A stretch of 64,000 nt of DNA from Desulfurococcales archaeon (GTDB lineage: Archaea; Thermoproteota; Thermoprotei_A; Sulfolobales; Desulfurococcaceae): NCBI GenBank assembly GCA_027022365.1, contig JALVYU010000031.1:384001-448000 (forward strand), in the 5' to 3' direction. Every line of letters begins with the position of its first letter. Positions within the stretch are counted from its first letter, which is position 1. The notes under the pieces were generated by a model. It saw only the letters and a program-made list of their open reading frames with translations, was not told where the DNA came from and searched no databases. The translations under genes were made by a program, and so were the position numbers. Below are positions 20,031 through 29,798 of the stretch, piece after piece.

Positions 20031-21062
20031 CTAAAATCTGAGTAGTAGCGATGACAGAGTGTATCCTATTCCGCCGCCTAGGTAGTCGAAGCACAGCACG
20101 ATAGTTGAGATCTCTCGGGCACGGCCAGTATACGAGACCAGTGTATTGATGAGTGGTTCGAGCGGGCTGGATGAAACAGCTAGAGCGATTAATACTAGGA
20201 AGAATATAGTCGGCCCAATCCTCACGAAGACGAATGAAGTAAACAATAGTACAACTAAGGTATAGACCCCCATTAACATAGAAACTGTTCTCATACTTGC
20301 CAGCTTCTTAATACCCTTCCTGCTGATCATGAACTGGATAGACATATATGTGGCTGTCTCGAGCTCAACTGCTAAGAAGACTAGGAAACCAGGTATGCCT
20401 TGTCTTGCTCCGAGCTCAAATACCATTCCCATCCAGAGGTACTGTAGGAGCCAGTTAAGAGTTGCTAGTGCTGCGAGAGGAGCGGCTTTCCTGATTAGTG
20501 CTGGATCCCCAGAGAAGAACTTGGGCTTTATCTCGGCACCGCCAAGACGGGCGAAATATAGGAGTAGAATGAACCCGAAAGCTGTGGATACCGATAAGAC
20601 TGCGAGGAAGACTATCTTATTCGGCGTTATATATGTGAGTATCGGGGCTATGAAGAATGCTGCGGCCTCAGCTCCAGAGATTAGTGAGAAGAATTTCGAG
20701 GGATCCCTTAGGTGCTTGGACCAGCTTACCTCTAGATTGTATATGTATCCTCCAGTATAGATGCCAAGTAGCGCAGAGACCGATATTCCTATGAGGTAGA
20801 TCGTGACGTTATTGAGAAGCAGAGCTAGCGTTATCGTTGAGAAGAGGAAGAATAGGTGGACAAATGGCAGCGTCTTGAAAAGTCGTTCGCTATGAAGTAG
20901 TAATGGTACGAATCCCCGCGTAACTATGACGATGCCATAAATGGTTCCGAAAACCGGGGCGGCATTAGTGTATGCAAGGAAGTTTGTCGAATATATGGCG
21001 AAGGCGCCAATTATCGTAATTAGGAAATCCAAATAAACAAGGCCGGGTGATTGATCCCTCAA
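20031..21062 (-). CDS. Multi-pass membrane protein, MFS-like transporter
   Basis: About 11-12 hydrophobic segments in two halves. Confidence 0.6.
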   Translation of the reverse strand: MRDQSPGLVYLDFLITIIGAFAIYSTNFLAYTNAAPVFGTIYGIVIVTRGFVPLLLHSERLFKTLPFVHLFFLFSTITLALLLNNVTIYLIGISVSALLGIYTGGYIYNLEVSWSKHLRDPSKFFSLISGAEAAAFFIAPILTYITPNKIVFLAVLSVSTAFGFILLLYFARLGGAEIKPKFFSGDPALIRKAAPLAALATLNWLLQYLWMGMVFELGARQGIPGFLVFLAVELETATYMSIQFMISRKGIKKLASMRTVSMLMGVYTLVVLLFTSFVFVRIGPTIFFLVLIALAVSSSPLEPLINTLVSYTGRAREISTIVLCFDYLGGGIGYTLSSLLLRF

Positions 21063-21461
21063 CCCAGTAGCCCCGCCAAGCCATGATGCTGATAATGGTT
21101 TTTGGCTTGTTCTATGCTTGTACTATGGAAATAACTCGTAGATATTCATTGATAATCATGAGGAATATTGTTGGGCCAAATAATTCCTCGTACAAAAATG
21201 ATTGTTTCGCCCAGGATCGCCGTATTCCCAACATCGGCAGAGACTATTGCTTAATGATAGTTGTCAATGTTAACTAGTCATCTGCTCGTGGGAATTGTAT
21301 CACCGATTAAGTGATTAGTGGTATTGACCATATTGATGCTCGTTATCACGAGTATTGTTTATGGTCTGTGTTCCTCAATTCAATCGGTACTTATATATTT
21401 TTACTAAACAATAATAATCTATTATACCCGGGATAACTCCGACTGGCAAGGGGCTTTTGTC

Positions 21462-22085
21462 TTGGTATTATCTAGTACATTGGTACGTAAGGACTTTAAG
21501 GCATCGATCGATCTGGAGGATGTTTTGGAGAAGAAGATCATGTTCTGGAGAAAGATATACTATAGAGAGAAAGAAAACAGAAGAATCAGCCCTAATACGG
21601 CACCACATCACAAGAAGCACCTCGGCTCGGCTGGTTATCCAATCAGTATCATGAGGCCAACATTTACTTTGATTGATCAAAGTGATCCCATCTATATTAG
21701 AACATACAGAATGATCGTGCGGGGAATCCTTGACTATAGCGTTTCGCTTATGAAGATACTTATGAAGGCTTCTGGCAAAAGCCTCGGGTACAGGCTTGTC
21801 GATAACGGGGATATTAGGTCGATCGATGACCTCGTCGATATATTCTTTAGACAACGGATAGGGTTACTAGACATAGTTGACGAATCAATAAATGTTATGA
21901 GGATAAACCTATACGAGTGTATGAGCTGCTACGGGACAAGATATATTGGTGTGTCACTATGTGATTTCGAGGCAGGCGTTATCGAAGGCGTTCTCGAGAG
22001 GCTATACGGTAAAAACACTACTATAGAGAAGTACTGCTGGGGACTAGGATATCATTTCTGCGGGTTCGAATCATATTTCGAGTGA
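21462..22085 (+). CDS. corQ: V4R-domain protein, CorQ-like CO regulator component
   Basis: GKSLG, YECMSC, LCDFEAGVIEG, EKYCWGLGYHFCGF; directly upstream of HTH gene and CODH cluster, as for Thermococcus CorQ. Confidence 0.7.
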   Translation: MVLSSTLVRKDFKASIDLEDVLEKKIMFWRKIYYREKENRRISPNTAPHHKKHLGSAGYPISIMRPTFTLIDQSDPIYIRTYRMIVRGILDYSVSLMKILMKASGKSLGYRLVDNGDIRSIDDLVDIFFRQRIGLLDIVDESINVMRINLYECMSCYGTRYIGVSLCDFEAGVIEGVLERLYGKNTTIEKYCWGLGYHFCGFESYFE

Positions 22086-22091
22086 TAATGT

Positions 22092-23237
22092 ATGACCTGG
22101 AGATGCATGCTCATAAGGATCTCGTCTCACTGCAACGGGGGATGCATTAACTGCCCATTTGTCTCCTCGAGCTCGAAGGAGAAGCAGATACTACCATATA
22201 GGGTCTTCGAGCACTTCATAGAAGTACTGGACAGACTAGAATTCAATGAGGCTGTTTTCCTCTGCCCTAACCCACTAACAGTCCCCCATGTCGAGAAGTT
22301 TATCGAGAAAGCAGGCGAGATAGCTCGGAGAACATATATGGTTATCCCTCTGAGGGCGATCCAGGTTTTGCGTAGGAGTACCGCCGAGAATCTCGACGAG
22401 ATCTTCCTCCTAGCGACCGATAAAGCCGAGGCATCCCTGGCGGAGAAGTACTTGAAATCACTTGTTAGCCAGGGAATGGAGAACATATCTGTGTACTTGG
22501 GCGTTAGGAGGATCGAGAATCTTCTAGATAATGTCGCCAGTTTTAGGGCGATCCTTGAGAAATATAATATTAGGCTGAGGATCGGTGAGCTCCCATATAT
22601 TGACCTTAACACTCTTAAGATAACGAATTATCTGAGAATGAAGGGCTACGAGGTAGGGTTGCCGCATGGCTACATGCTGGGCTATACTGCGTCTGTATGC
22701 TTCATAGACGGCTACGCGGTCACTGTTCTCGAGAAACCAGTAACGCTTGAGTGCAGGAAGATCTATATAGACTTCTACGGCCGTGTCTCGAAGTGCCCAT
22801 ACCTTGTTGGCCGCATGAGCATGTACTTGGACGATATAGACATACGCTCCCTTAGGAGGATCATGTACTCGCGGTGCCCGATCAAGGGGAACCTAATAGA
22901 TCTCATACCTGTGATTGATATAGGGTTCCTAACAGGCGATAACAACGTGTTAATACCCAAGGATATCATCGTGTTGCTGGAGATACTCGCCAACATGCGG
23001 TCTTTTAGGCAGGCATGCGAGCTCCTAGGATATAATCCCTCAACATATATATCCAAGATAAGAGCCCTGGAGAAGAAGCTGGGATACAGGTTGATCGACT
23101 CCTACAAGGGCGGTAATAGGAGGGGCTACACGGAGCTGACGCCCCAGGCCATGAAAATCATTAAGAGATACCGTGAGCTCAGAGAACATATATCCAAGAA
23201 GCTCTTTGATGAGGGATACGTTAATTTTATGATCTAG
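22092..23237 (+). CDS. corR: CorR-like regulator: radical-SAM-like domain + C-terminal ModE/LysR-type winged HTH
   Basis: N-terminal CNGGCINC; C-terminal SFRQACELLG...IRALEKKLGYRLIDSYKGG..GYTELTP. Confidence 0.7.
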   Translation: MTWRCMLIRISSHCNGGCINCPFVSSSSKEKQILPYRVFEHFIEVLDRLEFNEAVFLCPNPLTVPHVEKFIEKAGEIARRTYMVIPLRAIQVLRRSTAENLDEIFLLATDKAEASLAEKYLKSLVSQGMENISVYLGVRRIENLLDNVASFRAILEKYNIRLRIGELPYIDLNTLKITNYLRMKGYEVGLPHGYMLGYTASVCFIDGYAVTVLEKPVTLECRKIYIDFYGRVSKCPYLVGRMSMYLDDIDIRSLRRIMYSRCPIKGNLIDLIPVIDIGFLTGDNNVLIPKDIIVLLEILANMRSFRQACELLGYNPSTYISKIRALEKKLGYRLIDSYKGGNRRGYTELTPQAMKIIKRYRELREHISKKLFDEGYVNFMI

Positions 23238-23342
23238 CCGTTTTCTATGATCTAAACAATATCTTCTTGGCCGATACCCTGTCCTGCAAACACGACTCCA
23301 CCTTAAAACATTATTAACATAGAGTATTCAAGGTGTAGCTAG

Positions 23343-23963
23343 GTGTCGCTAAGCCCAAGTGATTATGTTATATTCATAGATCCTGCACGTTGCATGGGAT
23401 GCAGGGCCTGCGAAACAGCATGTGCTGTCGAGCACTCAGTATCTAAGAATATATTCGGCGCAGTGCTCGAGAAGCCCCTCCCCGTGCCGAGGATCAGGGT
23501 TGTAACCGTCGACGGACTCCTATACGCGCCTATGAGGTGCCAGCACTGCAGGGACGCTCCATGCATGAATGTGTGCCCGACCAAGGCAATCCACAGATCA
23601 CGTGAGGGATTCGTGGTACTTGACCCTAACAAGTGCATAGGATGCCTCATGTGCGTGCTCGCATGTCCCTTCGGCCACCCCCGATACGACCCCGACACGA
23701 AGACCGTTGTTAAATGCGACTTCTGCATCGAGAGGATAAGGAGAGGGGAGGTCCCGGCATGTGTCGAGGCCTGCCCAACAGGGGCTCTAAGGTATGGGAG
23801 GCTCGAGGAGTTCCTCGAAGAGCTGGCGGCGGCTAAGGCAAGGGAGATGGTTAGCGGTAAGCCGATGCCGGGCATAGTCGTCTATAAGCCGGTCATAGAG
23901 GCAGGAGAGACGCCTAAGCCCATGGATGTAAACTCCATGTATAAGCCCGTGTCCTGGAGGTGA
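23343..23963 (+). CDS. cooF: 4Fe-4S electron-transfer subunit of CODH
   Basis: CMGCRACETAC, CQHCRDAPC..VCP, CIGCLMCVLACP, KCDFC...PACVEACP. Confidence 0.93.
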   Translation: MSLSPSDYVIFIDPARCMGCRACETACAVEHSVSKNIFGAVLEKPLPVPRIRVVTVDGLLYAPMRCQHCRDAPCMNVCPTKAIHRSREGFVVLDPNKCIGCLMCVLACPFGHPRYDPDTKTVVKCDFCIERIRRGEVPACVEACPTGALRYGRLEEFLEELAAAKAREMVSGKPMPGIVVYKPVIEAGETPKPMDVNSMYKPVSWR

Positions 23964-23971
23964 GCCTCTAC

Positions 23972-25882
23972 ATGAGTAGTAGATGGGATTATCTTAAGAG
24001 GAAAGTCCCCGCGAAACAGGTTTCCATAACCCCCGGAGTATCCGAGATGATCGAGAAGGCGGAGGAGGAGGGCGTAAAGACAGCGTGGCACAGGTATTTG
24101 GAGCAGCAGCCCCAGTGCTCGTTCGGCCTCCTCGGAATATGCTGTAGGAACTGCAACATGGGGCCGTGCAGAATAGACCCGTTCGGCTACGGCCCCCAGA
24201 GAGGTGTCTGCGGCGCGACGGCAGACACGATCGTGGCCAGGAACATCGTTAGAATGATCGCTGCCGGCGCAGCGGCCCATAGCGACCACGCCAGGGACGT
24301 CTTGAAGGTCTTTAAGCTGACGGCTGAGGGAAGGATTAAAACCTACAAGATCACTGACCCGGATAAGCTCGTCTGGCTAGCCACAGCCCTAGGGGTGGAG
24401 GTAGGGGATAGGAGGATCGAGGACATAGCCGTTGATGTAGCCAATATCCTCGAGAAAGAATTCGGGAAACAAGGCGATGAACCCCTGAGCCTCGTCAAGG
24501 CGCTCGCTCCCAAGAAGAGGCTGAAGGTATGGATGAAGGCAGGCATTGTTCCCAGGAACATTGACCGTGAGGTCTGTGAGTGTATGCATAGGACCCACAT
24601 GGGAGTGGATGCTGACCCCGTGAGTCTTCTCCTCCATGGAGCGAGGACGAGCCTCGCCGATGGCTGGAGCGGATCGATGATGGCGACACTGCTCAGCGAC
24701 ATATTGTTCGGGACGCCGAAGCCGGTCAAGTCGGTCATGAACCTCGGCGTCCTCAAGGAGGATATGGTCAATATAATTGTTCATGGCCATAACCCCATAC
24801 TCTCCATGAAGATCGTTGAGACCGCGATGAGGGACGATATACAGGAGTACGCCAGGAAATACGGTGCGAAAGGAGTAAATGTTGCGGGAATGTGCTGTAC
24901 AGGGAACGAGGTGCTCATGAGGCTGGGCGTCCCGATCGCCGGTAACATGCTGATGCAGGAACTAGCAATAATAACCGGCGCCGTCGAAGCCATAATCGTC
25001 GACTACCAGTGCGTGATGCCGGCCATCGTAGACGTGGCCGGGTGCTACCATACAAAGATCATAACCACCGAGCCCAAGATGCACATACCGGGCGCAGTAC
25101 ACGTCGAGTTCGAGCCGGAGCACGCCGACGAGATAGCAGAGAAAATCGTCAAGATAGCTATCGAGAACTACCCGAACAGGAGCAGGGAACGCGTACGTAT
25201 CCCGAAGCACAAGGTAGAAGTCGTCGCCGGGTTCAGCGTCGAGGCAATAGTCGAGGCCCTCGGAGGAACCCTGGATCCTCTCGTCGACGCCCTGAGGAAC
25301 GGCACGATCAAGGGTATTGTAGGCATAGTCGGGTGCGTCAACCCCAAGGTCAAGCACAACTACAGCCACGTAGTGCTCGCCAAGAAGCTGATCGCTAACG
25401 ACATACTCGTTGTCGGAACGGGCTGCTGGTCCATAGCCGCGGGTATACATGGGCTATTATCTCCGAGCGCCGCCGAGATCGCGGGTCCGGGCCTCAGAAA
25501 GATATGTGAAGCCCTCAAGATACCGCCGTGCCTACACATGGGAAGCTGCGTTGACTGCTCAAGAATACTCATAGCATTAAAAGCCCTCGCGGAGGCACTC
25601 GGGGTAGACATAGCGGATCTCCCCGCCGCGGGCTCGGCCCCCGAGTGGATGAGCGAGAAAGCAGTAAGTATAGGGACATACTTCGTAGCGTCAGGCCTAC
25701 TCGTACACCTAGGGACGATACCGCCCGTAATGGGCAGTAAAAAGGTGACAAAGCTCCTGACGGAGGACATAGAAGACGTCGTAGGAGGCAGGTTCTACGT
25801 AGAGCCCGATCCCGAGAAAGCGGCGGACACTATAATCGAGGTAATAAGGGAAAAGAGGAGAAGACTAGGGTGGCCGGTCTAG
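23972..25882 (+). CDS. cooS: Anaerobic Ni,Fe carbon monoxide dehydrogenase catalytic subunit
   Basis: D/B-cluster QPQCSFGLLGICCRNCNMGPC; HSDH; C-cluster ligands HGHNP, CCTGNE, DYQC, GCVN, TGC, GSCVD; SEKA; RBS GGAGGTGA at 23956-23963. Confidence 0.97.
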   Translation: MSSRWDYLKRKVPAKQVSITPGVSEMIEKAEEEGVKTAWHRYLEQQPQCSFGLLGICCRNCNMGPCRIDPFGYGPQRGVCGATADTIVARNIVRMIAAGAAAHSDHARDVLKVFKLTAEGRIKTYKITDPDKLVWLATALGVEVGDRRIEDIAVDVANILEKEFGKQGDEPLSLVKALAPKKRLKVWMKAGIVPRNIDREVCECMHRTHMGVDADPVSLLLHGARTSLADGWSGSMMATLLSDILFGTPKPVKSVMNLGVLKEDMVNIIVHGHNPILSMKIVETAMRDDIQEYARKYGAKGVNVAGMCCTGNEVLMRLGVPIAGNMLMQELAIITGAVEAIIVDYQCVMPAIVDVAGCYHTKIITTEPKMHIPGAVHVEFEPEHADEIAEKIVKIAIENYPNRSRERVRIPKHKVEVVAGFSVEAIVEALGGTLDPLVDALRNGTIKGIVGIVGCVNPKVKHNYSHVVLAKKLIANDILVVGTGCWSIAAGIHGLLSPSAAEIAGPGLRKICEALKIPPCLHMGSCVDCSRILIALKALAEALGVDIADLPAAGSAPEWMSEKAVSIGTYFVASGLLVHLGTIPPVMGSKKVTKLLTEDIEDVVGGRFYVEPDPEKAADTIIEVIREKRRRLGWPV

Positions 25883-25929
25883 CGGCTGAAAAACCGGTAG
25901 GATTCACATCTTACTAAAAGTGATGAATA

Positions 25930-26727
25930 ATGAAAATTCTTGTATCGGGGAAGGGCGGCGTCGGGAAAACCTCAATATCAGCTATGCTCTCACTGATTTT
26001 TTCCCGTAACGGCTACAACGTACTAGCCCTCGACACAGACTCAGTGCCCAATCTCGCGTCGAGCCTAGGTATACCTATAGGTGAAGCAGAGAAAATTGTG
26101 CCGCTGGCGAAGAACGATAAGCTCGCAGAGGAGAGGACGGGTGCCAGGCCGGGAGAGGGCTGGGGCATACTCTTCTCACTAACGCCTAGTGTAGACGATA
26201 TAGCCGACAAGTACGGAGTTAAGATCAATGATAGATTGAAGCTGGTGGTCGTTGGAAGCATAGATATGAGCAAAGAAGGATGCCTATGCCCTGCAATAGC
26301 CCTGGCCAAGGCATTTCTAATACACGTAATGACGCGTAGCCGTGAGGTCATCATTGTAGACGCAGAAGCGGGAGCAGAGGTGTTCGGCAGAGGACTCGCT
26401 GAGAAATTCGACCTAAACATCACGGTCTCCGAGCCCACCATTAAATCACTGGTAATTGCTAGAAAACTCATTAGAATGGCTGACGAGCTTGGTATCAGGA
26501 ATAATATCTTGGTTGTAAACAAGGTCACCGATGAACTCACGGTCGCCCGTTCTATCAAGAAGGTATTCAATTATGAAAGAGTTGATTATCACATCGTCCG
26601 GTACGACCCTGAAGTTATGAAGCTGGAAATGCTTGGAGAAGGCCTAGATAAATTGGGTCCCAACTCAATATTTTTTAAGGACGTCCATTCTCTATATGAG
26701 AAAATCCTCAAATTAAAGAGGAAGTAA
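25930..26727 (+). CDS. cooC: CODH nickel-insertion ATPase
   Basis: GKGGVGKT, GCLCP, DAEAGAE..GRG, NKV. Confidence 0.95.
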   Translation: MKILVSGKGGVGKTSISAMLSLIFSRNGYNVLALDTDSVPNLASSLGIPIGEAEKIVPLAKNDKLAEERTGARPGEGWGILFSLTPSVDDIADKYGVKINDRLKLVVVGSIDMSKEGCLCPAIALAKAFLIHVMTRSREVIIVDAEAGAEVFGRGLAEKFDLNITVSEPTIKSLVIARKLIRMADELGIRNNILVVNKVTDELTVARSIKKVFNYERVDYHIVRYDPEVMKLEMLGEGLDKLGPNSIFFKDVHSLYEKILKLKRK

Positions 26728-26749
26728 CAAAGCCCCGGGGGTGACGAGC

Positions 26750-26953
26750 ATGTGTGAGTCGAAGGCTATAGAATTAACGGAAGCAGGTGAAAAACTACTG
26801 CTCGACGACGTTGCCCTGCTGGAGAACAAAGACGACGCGATAATACTCTATAATATCGAGGGCAAAAAGATCGAGCTGCCCAAGGATCAATACGTGATAG
26901 CACGGATAGACTTCCTGAAACACAAGATCTACTTCAGAAGATACGGAAAATGA
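26750..26953 (+). CDS. cooT: CooT nickel-binding accessory protein
   Basis: MCES start (Cys2), LLDDVALL, C-terminal DFLKHKI. Confidence 0.85.
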   Translation: MCESKAIELTEAGEKLLLDDVALLENKDDAIILYNIEGKKIELPKDQYVIARIDFLKHKIYFRRYGK

Positions 26954-26966
26954 GGTTTAACTAACA

Positions 26967-28898
26967 ATGACTTTACTCCAATATGTTTTTCTCCTCCCAA
27001 TAATTTTCCTGTCCGTATCAACTGTTTCAACATTTTACATAAGAGGAAGAACGGCGTCGATCATATCCTCAATACTATCACTCGCGGCATGCCTCTCTAT
27101 GTTGTTTTTATCAATCAATGTTTTTCTATACTCTAAGACGTACAGGTATGATTTTATTTACTGGCCGTTTCCCTCCCGCACTATGAACGGTTTTGCAGTA
27201 TTCAGGATCAGAATAGATGCGTTATCGGCTTACTTCATATTCATAATCGGCTTAATAGGAGCTATAGCCACGATCTACGGTTTAAAATACATAAACAAGT
27301 ACTCGACCGAGCACATGGGGTTTTTCTCGCTTAACTACTCGCTCTTCATTCTTTCAATGTACATGGCCGTCATCGTATCGGATCTATTCTGGTTTATAGT
27401 GTTCTGGGAATTAATGACGCTATCGTCACAGTTCCTAGTATCTTTCGAGAAGGAGAAGAAGAGAGCTATTTGGGCGGGATACAAGTATTTTACAGTGACC
27501 AAGATCGGGTCGGAGTTCATCATTATCGGGTCACTGATAGCGGTCTTTGTATTGAATAACTTCAATACCTCCTTTAGAAGCATCTCCATAAATGCCGCGG
27601 AGCCTCTGGGGTTCATAACGGTTTTACTAATGTTCATAGGCCTCGCGGTGAAGGCCGCAGTAGTGCCTTTTCACACATGGCTGCCGGACGCCCATCCCGA
27701 AGCACCATCCCATGTCTCGGCACTTCTCAGCGGGGTCATGATCAAGATCCCTATTTACATGATGATTAGATTATTCTACGAATTCACTGCTCCAGGGCTT
27801 GTTTGGGGCATTATAGTCTCTACAATTGGGGCCGCTACACTTACGGTAGGGACTATGTATGCTTTAAAACAGACTGACTCGAAGAGGCTTCTAGCGTATC
27901 ATAGTGTCGGGCAGATCGGGTACATTGTGCTGGGGCTCGGCGCATCTCTCCTACTGGTTTCTCTAAAAGACTACCTATTGGCCGGCGTAGCCCTGATCGC
28001 CTGCCTCTACCATCTAGTCAACCACGCGTTGTTCAAGTCCGCATTATTCCTTACAGCAGGCTCTGTCGAGTATGCTACTGGTCTCCGCGACCTGAACAGG
28101 CTGGGCGGGCTAGCCAGGTATATGCCCTACACCGCTCTAGCAGCCCTTATAGCTTCATTATCTATCTCGGGCATACCCCCGTTCAACGGGTTCGTGAGCA
28201 AGTGGCTAGTATATTGTTCCACGTTCTTGGCTGGAGGATTGTTATTGGTTTATGGAGTGCTCGCACTCTTTATAAGCTCGGTAACCTCGGCGAGCTTCAT
28301 AAAATTCTTTACAACAATGTTTACGAGGGAGGCCTCGAGGATCAATGCATCGGGGGTCAGGGAAGTCCCTCGTTCTATGAGCTCTTCCCAACTAGTATTA
28401 GGTATTCTATGTATTGTGTTCGGGGTATTCCCGCTGGTACCGCTCAGCCTTATTTTACCGGTGCTGGGTGTTGAAGCACCACACATCTATGATGTTATCG
28501 GCAGATCGGTCTCTATCAACATAGGCTATATAGGTATCGGGTCGTCTGCACACTTCTATCCACTAGTGATCGCTGTGATACTCTCTGCTTTCCTGCCTCT
28601 CATCTATGTCGTGGTGGTCAAGGGGGCGGATGCCAGGTATGAGCCGTGGACGTGTGGATCGCTTGTCGAGAAGAGGAAGTTATTGTATCCGGCTAGATCC
28701 TACTATAAGGACTTCGAGGAAGTTTTCGGGGAGATATATTCTGTGGGCGATTATTTCTATAAGATGATCGTAGGGATCATCCCGCGGAGGGTTTACTCTG
28801 CTTTCAAGCGTTTTGTAGGTCTGGCTGAGGATCCCGTGGTCATGTACATGGTGATGCTGGCCATCATCGTGATCGCACTGCTTGTGATGGGTGTTTAG
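26967..28898 (+). CDS. Membrane-bound hydrogenase antiporter-like subunit (HyfB/HycC/MchA-like)
   Basis: FWELM, PFHTWLPDAHPEAPSHVSALLSG, KRLLAYHS, NHALFKS, PPFNGFVSKW, EPWTCG. Confidence 0.92.
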   Translation: MTLLQYVFLLPIIFLSVSTVSTFYIRGRTASIISSILSLAACLSMLFLSINVFLYSKTYRYDFIYWPFPSRTMNGFAVFRIRIDALSAYFIFIIGLIGAIATIYGLKYINKYSTEHMGFFSLNYSLFILSMYMAVIVSDLFWFIVFWELMTLSSQFLVSFEKEKKRAIWAGYKYFTVTKIGSEFIIIGSLIAVFVLNNFNTSFRSISINAAEPLGFITVLLMFIGLAVKAAVVPFHTWLPDAHPEAPSHVSALLSGVMIKIPIYMMIRLFYEFTAPGLVWGIIVSTIGAATLTVGTMYALKQTDSKRLLAYHSVGQIGYIVLGLGASLLLVSLKDYLLAGVALIACLYHLVNHALFKSALFLTAGSVEYATGLRDLNRLGGLARYMPYTALAALIASLSISGIPPFNGFVSKWLVYCSTFLAGGLLLVYGVLALFISSVTSASFIKFFTTMFTREASRINASGVREVPRSMSSSQLVLGILCIVFGVFPLVPLSLILPVLGVEAPHIYDVIGRSVSINIGYIGIGSSAHFYPLVIAVILSAFLPLIYVVVVKGADARYEPWTCGSLVEKRKLLYPARSYYKDFEEVFGEIYSVGDYFYKMIVGIIPRRVYSAFKRFVGLAEDPVVMYMVMLAIIVIALLVMGV

Positions 28899-28900
28899 CC

Positions 28901-29794
28901 GTGGTGTGGCTCAATACTCTCTATGGTGTACTTAATGCCTGCTTCATATTATTGGTGGGCCCACTCATAGACGGCGTTGAGAGGAAGATCCGTGCAAGGC
29001 TCCAGAACAGGAGGGGGCCCTCGATACTGCAGACATGGTATGACCTAGTAAAGCTGCTTAGAAAACCCGCTGCCAGAACAGGTGTTCCCTCAACGCTTTT
29101 CAGGTTATCCGTCTACATAGGATTTGTAAACCTATTGATAGTCTCGCTTTTCATCCCCTCGATACTCTGCGGCGGTATGGGTTTCTTCGGTGACCTGATC
29201 CTCTTCATATACCTTTTATCGTCTTCCAAGGTATTCGTCCTAATAGGGAGCTACAGCTCCGGTAGCCCTTACGCCTCGATAGGCTCTACTAGGGAAGTAT
29301 CGCTGAGCATGGCGTCGGAGCTGGTGCTGGCCGAGATAATTGCGCTGATCGCTCTGTCCAGGAGCAGTCTTTTACTGAGCAATGTTTTCCCTGTTACAGC
29401 GGTTTTGAGGCCATCGGTTCTCATCGGGCTGGGAGTACTGGGTATTATAGTCTATATCGAGCACTCTAGATTACCCTTCGAAATCGGTGAGGCCGAGCCC
29501 GAGCTCGCCGGGGGATACACCATAGAGTATGCTGGCAGAGACCTAGGATTCATCCTATGGTCGAACACTATAAGGAGAACACTACTGACGACTTTCCTGA
29601 TAGACCTGATTATCCCGCTCGACGTATTATACCACCTGGTCATCTACCCCGTCCTCTTGTTCTCGATAATGATTGTTTTCACAGCTATCGAGACTGGTTG
29701 GGGAAGGCTCAGGATAGATATCTCCCTCAAATACGTCAAGAGGTTAAGCTATGTCATGTGGGGTGTGATCCTGCTTGCGCTCATCGGGTATTAA
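28901..29794 (+). CDS. Hydrogenase membrane subunit (HycD/NuoH-like)
   Basis: ERKIRARLQNRRGP...DLVKLL, PFEIGEAEPELAGG..IEY. Confidence 0.92.
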   Translation: MVWLNTLYGVLNACFILLVGPLIDGVERKIRARLQNRRGPSILQTWYDLVKLLRKPAARTGVPSTLFRLSVYIGFVNLLIVSLFIPSILCGGMGFFGDLILFIYLLSSSKVFVLIGSYSSGSPYASIGSTREVSLSMASELVLAEIIALIALSRSSLLLSNVFPVTAVLRPSVLIGLGVLGIIVYIEHSRLPFEIGEAEPELAGGYTIEYAGRDLGFILWSNTIRRTLLTTFLIDLIIPLDVLYHLVIYPVLLFSIMIVFTAIETGWGRLRIDISLKYVKRLSYVMWGVILLALIGY

Positions 29795-29798
29795 TCAA

